Below the pieces are notes generated by a model. The model did no database searches. It had not been told where the DNA came from and saw only the letters and a list, made by a program, of their open reading frames with translations. Both the position numbers and the translations under genes were made by a program. A DNA stretch of 64,000 bases from Patescibacteria group bacterium (GTDB lineage Bacteria > Patescibacteriota > Patescibacteriia > UBA9570 > JAHJKD01): the NCBI GenBank assembly GCA_041660885.1, contig JBAZVM010000002.1:81538-145537 (forward strand). Direction: 5' to 3'. Shown piece by piece: positions 40,777-48,658 of the stretch (the first letter of the stretch is position 1; every line of letters begins with the position of its first letter).

Positions 40777-40894
40777 GGAGGACGGGCAGTAGGAGCGCAC
40801 AACGCCCCCACTGCCCAAGATAGAGATACTACATTTTTCAATATCAAGTTTGTTAATAGTTCTTTTTATGACGCGACAAGGCGTGGAGGAAACC

Positions 40895-41059
40895 ATGGCT
40901 CATGTTGTATTCTATGTGATACTGGCCAGCGGAATTTTCTGTCTGGTCGGTGCCGAGAACTACGGTACCGCAGGCGCTATTGTTGGCGGCCTGTTTGGCA
41001 TCATCAGTGGCGGCATGATCGGATTCATTGGCGTAAACTCGAAACAAGAAAATTCCTGA
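40895..41059 (+). CDS. Small glycine-zipper membrane protein (GlsB/YeaQ/YmgE-like or bacteriocin-like), 54 aa from the SD-supported start
   Basis: GGAGG SD 5 nt upstream of ATG 40895 (MAHVVFYVILASGIFCLVGAENYGTAGAIVGGLFGIISGGMIGFIGV...). GxxxG/AxxxG zipper. The track's 40850 TTG start is less likely. Confidence 0.55.
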   Translation: MAHVVFYVILASGIFCLVGAENYGTAGAIVGGLFGIISGGMIGFIGVNSKQENS

Positions 41060-41076
41060 GAGGTTGAGGAAAAAAA

Positions 41077-41295
41077 ATGGTAACTGCATTCAACACCGTG
41101 TTCTGCACACTTCTTTTCGGAGGCGCCGGCGCGGTCATTGGTGCCGAACTTGGCGCCACCAGCGGTGACGCCATGATCGGAAGGATCATCGGCGTCGTTC
41201 TTGGTGCCGGTCTCGGACTCGCCCTCGCCCTGCTCGGCGAGATCCTGGACAAGCCCAACAAGGAAAAGCCCGGCCCTGTTCACAAGAACAGGTAA
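41077..41295 (+). CDS. Small glycine-zipper membrane protein paralog (72 aa), codons strongly GC3-biased
   Basis: GAGG SD. LFGGAGAVIGAELGATSGDAMIGRIIGVVLGAGLGLALALLG. Nearly every codon ends in G/C, unlike the rest of the window. Confidence 0.6.
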   Translation: MVTAFNTVFCTLLFGGAGAVIGAELGATSGDAMIGRIIGVVLGAGLGLALALLGEILDKPNKEKPGPVHKNR

Positions 41296-41317
41296 CCGGG
41301 CTTACGTAAAATTTTTA
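41266..41317 (+). terminator. Nested hairpin (AAGCCCGG...CCGGGCTT enclosing CCTGTTC-acaa-GAACAGG) at the end of the islet, followed by an A/T-rich tract; putative terminator
   Basis: Read directly. The U-tract is not immediately adjacent, so the confidence is moderate. Confidence 0.4.
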
Positions 41318-41336
41318 TCAATTCTATATAGAAGTT

Positions 41337-41825
41337 TTAAAACGGGGTCCAGCTAAAGACTTCCTTGCCTTTGCCGTTAATGATGACTATAACGTTCTTG
41401 TTTTTTATTTGTAAGCGATAATCTCGGCGAATATATCTAAACATCGTTCTTTTTTGTAAATGAAATTTATTATCATCAACGTTAAAGCTATAAATTTTAA
41501 GATAAATAGAGGAACCTCGTTTGGAAGCCACTACTATCTCTTCCGTGTTTTTGGTGGCGTTTAAATTACCCGTGGCCATTTTTCTCCAATGCAGTTTGGG
41601 AGATAATCTTTTTGCTGTTAATAAATTGCCGTTCGTATCATAAGCGCGGATGGAAGAGCCGGCGCGCTTTTTTACGGCAAAGACATAAAGTTCATTTTTA
41701 ATTTCAGCTAATCTGGGAATTACGCCGCCCACTGGGAAAGCTTGGAAAGTGGCTAATAAAATATTATCTTCCGTATAAAGGTTAACTATGCCTCTGCCCC
41801 TGTTGGTACCCGTGCTGTAATCCAC
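41337..41825 (-). CDS. Hypothetical beta-rich protein. It may be the frameshifted C-terminal domain of the upstream giant adhesin rather than an independent gene.
   Basis: The track starts at a GTG with no SD. The same frame is open upstream to 41915, encoding ...TVTEEDDDDDDSDSQEVDYSTG... (an acidic linker), and overlaps the adhesin stop in the -1 frame. Confidence 0.45.
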   Translation of the reverse strand: MDYSTGTNRGRGIVNLYTEDNILLATFQAFPVGGVIPRLAEIKNELYVFAVKKRAGSSIRAYDTNGNLLTAKRLSPKLHWRKMATGNLNATKNTEEIVVASKRGSSIYLKIYSFNVDDNKFHLQKRTMFRYIRRDYRLQIKNKNVIVIINGKGKEVFSWTPF

Positions 41826-41899
41826 TTCTTGGCTGTCGCTATCATCGTCGTCATCATCCTCTTCAGTAACGGCGACTACTATGGTATTGCTTTCGGCTG

Positions 41900-44800
41900 T
41901 TAGGTTTCGGAATCTGTGGCAATAAAACTAATTTCTTCCGAACCGTTATAAGAAGCGTTGCTGGTCATGGATACTTGGCCATCGGTAACCGTAATAATAA
42001 CGTTCATATTGCCGGCCGTGGAATAAGTTAAAGATGTATCTTGCGCATCTGTGAAGTAATCATCAAGATCAAAGACATTGCTGGCTGTATCACCGGCCAC
42101 GAAGGAGACATTAGGCAGAGAGCCGGCAAAGGTTGGCGCGGTATTAGTTTCAGTAACCGTAACATTAACAACTTGCGTAACATTATTATCTCCGTCAAAG
42201 GCATTAAAAGTTGTTGTGTAAACACCAGATTGAGAGTAAGTAGGAGTCCAATTAAAAGTGCCGGTATTATTTCCATTGTCCGTAAACAAAGTAGAAATAT
42301 CCACGCCCGCGGCGCTATAGTCGTTTGATGCATCTAAAGCCGTGAGCGTTAAAGTGCTTGTATCTTGATCATTGGCGCCAACAGAGAAAGACAGGTTGGA
42401 ACCGGCCCCGATAGTTTTCTCCGTAATGGCTACAAAAGAAGGAGCGTCGTTATCCGCTGTTACGTTTACAGTCATGGTATCCGGGGCGGAATCGTCTTTA
42501 GTGTCATTCACTATTAAACGATATTCGCAAGAATAATTTGATTCTTTATCGGCAAAGTCCACATCCGGAGTGGCAGAAGTATTATTGGATAAACTGCAAG
42601 CGTCCGAAGCGTCCAGAGTTTCCACCCAAGCGTAAGTTAACGGATCGCTATCTAAATCAGATGAACCCGTACCATCCAATGTCGTTGACGCATCTGATTC
42701 GTTTTTATTTTGATCCGCTCCGGCATCGGCAACAGGCAAATTATTAGGATCGTTATCCGTAATAGTGGCCGTATGTTCTATGGTGGCTCCTTGGGTAGCA
42801 TTAGTGGGAGAACCCATGGTTGCTATTACGGTTTCATTGCTTTCATCTAAAGTATCATCGGTAACAGTAATGGTAATATTGGCCGTTGTATTCCCGGCAG
42901 TGATACTAATAGGTGACGCGGTAATGGAGTAATCAGTTCCGGAACCCGTGGCCGTGCCGGCTATAGTATAAGGAATAGAAACATTTTTTCCCGAAGCTGT
43001 TGAAAGTTCGGCCGTAATGGTCATGGTGCCGACATTTTCCGCGCCTGATTGCAAAGCGGAAGTAAATGTCACGGTTGGCGCGCTATCATTATCCGTAATA
43101 GTACCGGTATGTTCTATAGTGGCTCCTTTAATGCCGTTGGTGGGATCACCCATGGTGACTATCACGGTTTCATCATCTTCGTCTAATGTATCGTTGGTTA
43201 TGGTAACGGTAATGTCGGCTGTGGTATTGCCCGCGGTAATGGTAATGGGGGATGCGGTAATGGAATAATCGGTTGCTCCACCTGTGGCCGTGCCCGTAAC
43301 AATGTAAGGAACTGTAATATCTAAAGCCGGAGCATAAGATGCTTCCGCGGTAATGGTGTAGCTAGCTTCGTTTTCCGCTTTGGTGGCTGTACTGGTTGTC
43401 CAGTTTACTGTTGGTCCGTCAAAATCCCAGTTATCATTATTTCCGGCGTTGTATGAAGTTACACCGGCAACAACTTCCGTTCCAAAACTGGCATCCGAAT
43501 CCATTACGTCCACGTAAGTGACGGCTTGCGTGCCAGAGAAATTAAGATTCCAATGATTAGTGTCTGATGTACTGCGCAACACTACTTCATGGTCAGCTAT
43601 GCCGGTTAAAGTAAGGAGGCCGGTAATGTTTTGCGTGACGGCTTGCGTGAATTTAATGTTTTTATCTTGGGTAACGCATCTGAATCCGGAAAAAGTATTA
43701 GTTCCTGATATTATTGATGTTTTGGTATTATCGTCAAATATTACTTTTCCGGCAGAAGCATTAAAGGTTCCGGTATTGGCAAAGTTCTCACCGACGGTTA
43801 AATCGAAATTACCTGCTGTCACGTTAAATGTTCCAGAAGCAATATTCAGGTCGTTGTTAATATCTAGCGCGGCGCCTAACTGATAAAGATCAGTGGCTCC
43901 ATCCGCGCTGGTTATTGTTAAATTATTATATGTGTTAGATAAAGTAGTTAGAGTGTAGGTGTCTTCGGCGTCGTCATCATCACCGGTAAACTCTACCGTG
44001 CCGCTATTGGTATCCATGGTTATGGTGGTAGCTTCGTTTCCTCTTAGTCTTAATGTGCCGTCGTTGGTGAAAGTTGTACTTACTGTTAAGCCGTTATTGT
44101 TTAAGGAAAGAGTGCCGGATGAAATAGTAACGTTATTAATGGTTTCCGTGTTCGCTAATGTAAAGACGCTGGAGCCGGCAATAGTTAAATTGGAATAGGT
44201 GTAATCTTTAATGGTATAAGGGCTGGAGCCATCATAGGTAACAGTAGAGCCAGCATCTAATTGCGGGTAGCTGACTGAATCAGGGGTAATGGTTTCTCCG
44301 CCTTGGAGTTGAAGATTACCGCCTGTTTCCACTACTATTTTTTCCGTGGCACTGCCTTGAACGGTAAGCGCGTTATTATTTAAATCAAAAGTTCCTTCTT
44401 GAATAGTAAGATCTTGGTTGGAAGCGTCCATAACCAAAGCCGAAGCGAGATTAACGGCTCCGCCGGATTTATTGACCGTGATATCGGCGTTGTATAATCC
44501 CGTGGCACCGGTAAGGTCAAACGACTGCGTGTTGCCCCCTTTAAAATTTAACGGTGAAGTGCCGCCATCATACCCAGAACTTACAGTAACATCGCCCTGC
44601 GCTTCTAAGGTGCCAACAGAAATATAGCCTTCTGTTAATGATAGCAAGCCTGTTGTAACTATCGTATCACCTGACGATATGGTATAGGTCCATCCGTATG
44701 TAGAATTAAATTGCAAATCATGAAATGTTTCTGTCGTAGCGACATTTAAAGTAGCGGAACCAATAGTAAATATTACCGACCCGTTTCCTTCTACAAATTC

Positions 44801-47140
44801 ACCGCCTGATTTTGTAAAATTAGCCTGTCTTATAGTTAAAGTGGAAGATGGGGTAAAAATTCCAGAGTCTTGAGTATAACCGCTCGATACAAGAGTTAAA
44901 TTATAACCATCATAATTAATGGGTACATTATTGGCATCTCCAAAACCTGCCGCAATATTCAAGCCATAAAATGTTGTATCAGCGTTTAAATTTACATCAT
45001 CATTGGCATCATCAGGATCGTCAAATTTTATAATGGGAGCAATTCCACCCGCTACGATATCGCACGCTTGTGCTTCGGTATCATCGGCAAAATTTAAAGT
45101 GCCATCGCCGCCGTCAAAACCGGCTGATATGGTAATAGTTCCTTGTGCGTCAATCGTGCCAGTGCTTATTTGACCTTCTGTTAAAGTTAAATCATGAGAA
45201 ACAATCATTTTATCGCCCGTCATAATGGTCATGGCCCAACCAGGAACCTGATCAATCTCCACATCATAAAATGTTTCTTCCGTGGTAGCGCCCGTCATAT
45301 CAAAGCGATTGGTGCCGTTGGTAAAGACCACTGTATTTGTTCCCTCTTCAAAAGTTCCGCCGGATTTCACAAAATATGCTCCGTTGCCATCTATGGTTAA
45401 TATAGTAGGTGCGGTAAAAATACCAGAAGCTTGAGTGTAATCACCTACTCCTATAGTCAAATTGTGCGCATTATAAGTAATGGGTACATTTAAATTCGGC
45501 GCGTCAGGGTCAAAATCTGATGTGATGTTTAAACCATAAAAAGTAGCGTCGCCGCTTAAAGAGACAACATCATTAGCATCGTCCGGATCATCAAATTTAA
45601 TAATCGGGGTAATTTTACCGGAAGGAACAGTATATGTTTGTACTTCCGTATCGTCCGCAAAGTTTATTACTCCATCACCGCCATCAAAGTCAGCGGATTG
45701 GGTTATAGTACCCTGTACATCAATAGTGCCCGTGCTTAATGTACCGTCTGTTAATGTTAATGCGTTTGTTACAACTATTGTATCACCGGAAGAAACAGTA
45801 CACGCCCAACCGTTTATCGCGTCAATTTCCATATCATAAAATGTTTCCGTTGTAGCCACATCAATAGTATTTGAACCATCCCTGAAAATTACTTTGTTAG
45901 TGCCCTCGGTGAAAAATCCGCCGCTTTTAGTAAAATAGGCCGTATTACCAATAATAATTAAAGTACTCGGTGCTGTAAAAATTCCCGAGGCTTGAATATA
46001 ATCCCCAACACCAATACTTAGAATATGGCCGGCATAATCAAAATTTACATTGTTGGCATCGCCAAAACCGGCCGCAATTTCCAAACCATACATTGTGGCA
46101 TCAGCGCCTAAAATTATTTGATCATTAGCATCGTCAGGATCATCTAATTTAACTTTCATCCCATAGGCGTTGTTAATAGTATATGTTTGATTAAGAGCAT
46201 CGTTGCCAAAGCTAATGGTTGCATTACCGCCATCGAAATTTGCTCCTTGCGATATAGTTCCTTGCAAATCAATGGTTCCAGTTTGCAGGTAGCCTTCTGT
46301 TAAAGTTAACGTGTCGGTAACTGTAATGGTATCACCAGAAGAAATAATCAGCTGCCAACCAGCATTCATGCTTACTTCCAAATTATGCACCGTTTCCGTA
46401 CTATTAACATTAAAGGTTGCTCCTCCTGTAGAAAATATTATTGTACTCGTTCCTTCGGTAAATGTTCCGCCGGAACCAACAGTAAAATCCGCGTATGTTA
46501 AAGTAATGGTTTCATCAGTCGCGTCAAAAGTGCCTGAATCTATAGCTAGATCAGATGTGCCAATGCTAAGAGTTGTTTGAGCGGAAACAGTACCATCATA
46601 TCCGGTGTTTATATCTATACCACCAATGGCCGAGCCAAAAGCAGCATTAATTACCGCGTTATTATCTGAAGTTCCGTCAAAAACAGCTATATCCGTAGAG
46701 GTGGGGCAAGAATTTCCCACCCAGTTATCACAATTGCTCCAATTCGTATCGACACCACCTCCACCATCCCAAGTATGACTATCGGCTAGTGCTTCTTTAG
46801 TAAACCAAGGGGTCCTGGAAAAAGCTACAGCTGAAAGATCAACTACATATATCAAAGAAATTATGCCAAGACCCAAGGCTATGGTATAAGCGCGAAAACC
46901 TCTTTTTAATTTAAGATGCTCGTGATAAGAATGTTTATATGTGCCATTCTTACGCTGTTTGGCTTCAAAGTTAAAGCTATGGTAAGGACTTAAGAATAAT
47001 AAGTAAAAAGCATGAACTACGGAGTACACGCAAATTAAAGGTAATAACAACAGTTTATAAAAGAACTTAGAAACAGGAGTTCTTTTCTTTTTATTGCTTT
47101 TCTTTATGATATCAGAAATTTTTTTCACAAAGAAATACAT
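41900..47140 (-). CDS. Giant surface adhesin (1746 aa): N-terminal TM anchor, parallel beta-helix-like repeats, two Calx-beta domains, cadherin/Ig-like C-terminal domains
   Basis: N-terminal hydrophobic helices. Long T/G/S/D/N-rich beta-helix repeats. Calx-beta signatures ITVTITNDTLDEDDETVIVTMGDPTNG and ITITVTDDTLDESNETVIATMGSPTNA. PLTYAW and DAPSF cadherin-like motifs. Confidence 0.85.
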   Translation of the reverse strand: MYFFVKKISDIIKKSNKKKRTPVSKFFYKLLLLPLICVYSVVHAFYLLFLSPYHSFNFEAKQRKNGTYKHSYHEHLKLKRGFRAYTIALGLGIISLIYVVDLSAVAFSRTPWFTKEALADSHTWDGGGGVDTNWSNCDNWVGNSCPTSTDIAVFDGTSDNNAVINAAFGSAIGGIDINTGYDGTVSAQTTLSIGTSDLAIDSGTFDATDETITLTYADFTVGSGGTFTEGTSTIIFSTGGATFNVNSTETVHNLEVSMNAGWQLIISSGDTITVTDTLTLTEGYLQTGTIDLQGTISQGANFDGGNATISFGNDALNQTYTINNAYGMKVKLDDPDDANDQIILGADATMYGLEIAAGFGDANNVNFDYAGHILSIGVGDYIQASGIFTAPSTLIIIGNTAYFTKSGGFFTEGTNKVIFRDGSNTIDVATTETFYDMEIDAINGWACTVSSGDTIVVTNALTLTDGTLSTGTIDVQGTITQSADFDGGDGVINFADDTEVQTYTVPSGKITPIIKFDDPDDANDVVSLSGDATFYGLNITSDFDPDAPNLNVPITYNAHNLTIGVGDYTQASGIFTAPTILTIDGNGAYFVKSGGTFEEGTNTVVFTNGTNRFDMTGATTEETFYDVEIDQVPGWAMTIMTGDKMIVSHDLTLTEGQISTGTIDAQGTITISAGFDGGDGTLNFADDTEAQACDIVAGGIAPIIKFDDPDDANDDVNLNADTTFYGLNIAAGFGDANNVPINYDGYNLTLVSSGYTQDSGIFTPSSTLTIRQANFTKSGGEFVEGNGSVIFTIGSATLNVATTETFHDLQFNSTYGWTYTISSGDTIVTTGLLSLTEGYISVGTLEAQGDVTVSSGYDGGTSPLNFKGGNTQSFDLTGATGLYNADITVNKSGGAVNLASALVMDASNQDLTIQEGTFDLNNNALTVQGSATEKIVVETGGNLQLQGGETITPDSVSYPQLDAGSTVTYDGSSPYTIKDYTYSNLTIAGSSVFTLANTETINNVTISSGTLSLNNNGLTVSTTFTNDGTLRLRGNEATTITMDTNSGTVEFTGDDDDAEDTYTLTTLSNTYNNLTITSADGATDLYQLGAALDINNDLNIASGTFNVTAGNFDLTVGENFANTGTFNASAGKVIFDDNTKTSIISGTNTFSGFRCVTQDKNIKFTQAVTQNITGLLTLTGIADHEVVLRSTSDTNHWNLNFSGTQAVTYVDVMDSDASFGTEVVAGVTSYNAGNNDNWDFDGPTVNWTTSTATKAENEASYTITAEASYAPALDITVPYIVTGTATGGATDYSITASPITITAGNTTADITVTITNDTLDEDDETVIVTMGDPTNGIKGATIEHTGTITDNDSAPTVTFTSALQSGAENVGTMTITAELSTASGKNVSIPYTIAGTATGSGTDYSITASPISITAGNTTANITITVTDDTLDESNETVIATMGSPTNATQGATIEHTATITDNDPNNLPVADAGADQNKNESDASTTLDGTGSSDLDSDPLTYAWVETLDASDACSLSNNTSATPDVDFADKESNYSCEYRLIVNDTKDDSAPDTMTVNVTADNDAPSFVAITEKTIGAGSNLSFSVGANDQDTSTLTLTALDASNDYSAAGVDISTLFTDNGNNTGTFNWTPTYSQSGVYTTTFNAFDGDNNVTQVVNVTVTETNTAPTFAGSLPNVSFVAGDTASNVFDLDDYFTDAQDTSLTYSTAGNMNVIITVTDGQVSMTSNASYNGSEEISFIATDSET

Positions 47141-47227
47141 GAATTTATTAATTTTTATTTTTATGAAGAAGTACGCAAAATTATTAAATATATTATAGCA
47201 TAAAAAAAAACTTTTGTCTAAAAAAAT

Positions 47228-48658
47228 TTATAACGAAGCAAGAGGCTTCTTAGCCGGGCTTGTTTTTGCGCGGCCGTCTTTGGTAAAGCGGCTGCCATGG
47301 CACGGACAATCCCATGTCTTGGCTTTATTGTTCCAATGCACAATGCAACCTAAGTGCGAACAAACCGGGGACAATTTTTTAATATCCCCTTTTTCATCTT
47401 TATAAATGGCCACCTTCTGTTTATCTATTGTTCCCACGGCTCCGGTGTCATTAGGAATTTTTTCTATGTCTAATTCTTTTAAATTTATTCTTCCGGTATA
47501 CAATGATTTTAAAGCATTTGCTCCTTGGCGAATTATTCGGCAAGCGCTTTTTAAGCGTTTCGGTTTGAATAAAGCCGCGTCTTTATTTTTCCGGCCTAAA
47601 ATAATATCTGAATTAATCATGGCGCTTAACATGCCCAATGTTAAACCGTCTCCCCCGTGGCCGGCGGATAAAAGCTGGTGCTTATTATCTATAGACTCTC
47701 CAATATACGGCAATCCATCAACGCTATTCACCACCTGCCCGCTCCATTGGTGCGTAATGATATAATTATTTTTTCCCACCAGCTCGATAAGATGGTTTTC
47801 TAATTTTTTATAGCGTTCATCGGCCAAAACGGATAAATCGGAAGAATTATCTTGCCCGCCTAATATTATTTTCTTTCCATCCACGCGAAAATAATTATAA
47901 GGTTCATAAGTATCTATAAATATTCCTTCGGGAAGATCATGTTTTTGCAAATCCGCGGCCAACACATAAGTGACATCCGTGCTTAAAGGATACTTTTTTC
48001 CTTTATGGCTGTTCTTGGCGAGCACGGCATACTCCGCTTGGACATTCGCTTTTTCCGTTTCTATCATCACCGGGTTTTCGTCCGTAATGCCCAGCACTTT
48101 GGTGTTTTCAAAAAATCGTACGCCCATCTTATCTAAAACTTTAATCAATCCCTGCATAAATTTTACCGAATTGATTTTCGCGTTTCCTTCAAACTTGGCG
48201 CAGACATTATAAGCATTACCCAAGGGATAATGCCCGATATTTTCTTTGGGCAATTTTTTTACGCTCTGCTCGCTATCCGCGCACACAAATAGCGGACAGC
48301 GCGCAAAATCGCAATCAATCTTCTCTTCTTTAATAATTCTCTCCAAAACATCGATCGCTTCAATGGCCGATTGCTTTAATAGCGGAGAAAAATCGCCATC
48401 TAAAATATAACTTAAAAAACCGGTGGAATAAGCTGTTGTGGTATTCTTTATTAGTATGTCTTGCTCGAGTACCACAACTTTTTTTCCTGCTTTGGCCAAT
48501 AAGTATGCAGTAGTTAAACCGGTAATACCCGAACCGATAACAGCCACGTCTGTCTTAATATCTTTCTCTAAAGTTGGGTATATGGCCTCGATTTTATATC
48601 CAGACAGCCAAAAGCTGTCTTTGATTATTTCTTCGCTCATTTTATTTGGTAAATTCAA
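47228..48658 (-). CDS. FAD-dependent oxidoreductase (DAO family) fused to a C-terminal Rieske [2Fe-2S] domain
   Basis: 476 aa. VIGSGITGLTTAYLLA dinucleotide fold. CSHLGC...CPCHGS Rieske ligands. Confidence 0.8.
   Translation of the reverse strand: MNLPNKMSEEIIKDSFWLSGYKIEAIYPTLEKDIKTDVAVIGSGITGLTTAYLLAKAGKKVVVLEQDILIKNTTTAYSTGFLSYILDGDFSPLLKQSAIEAIDVLERIIKEEKIDCDFARCPLFVCADSEQSVKKLPKENIGHYPLGNAYNVCAKFEGNAKINSVKFMQGLIKVLDKMGVRFFENTKVLGITDENPVMIETEKANVQAEYAVLAKNSHKGKKYPLSTDVTYVLAADLQKHDLPEGIFIDTYEPYNYFRVDGKKIILGGQDNSSDLSVLADERYKKLENHLIELVGKNNYIITHQWSGQVVNSVDGLPYIGESIDNKHQLLSAGHGGDGLTLGMLSAMINSDIILGRKNKDAALFKPKRLKSACRIIRQGANALKSLYTGRINLKELDIEKIPNDTGAVGTIDKQKVAIYKDEKGDIKKLSPVCSHLGCIVHWNNKAKTWDCPCHGSRFTKDGRAKTSPAKKPLASL

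Noticed and set aside
40663-40896. 77-aa minus-strand ORF in the GC-rich islet
   Set aside because: No RBS and a Ser/Arg-rich low-complexity product. The plus-strand ORFs have strong Shine-Dalgarno sites and coherent membrane-protein sequences.
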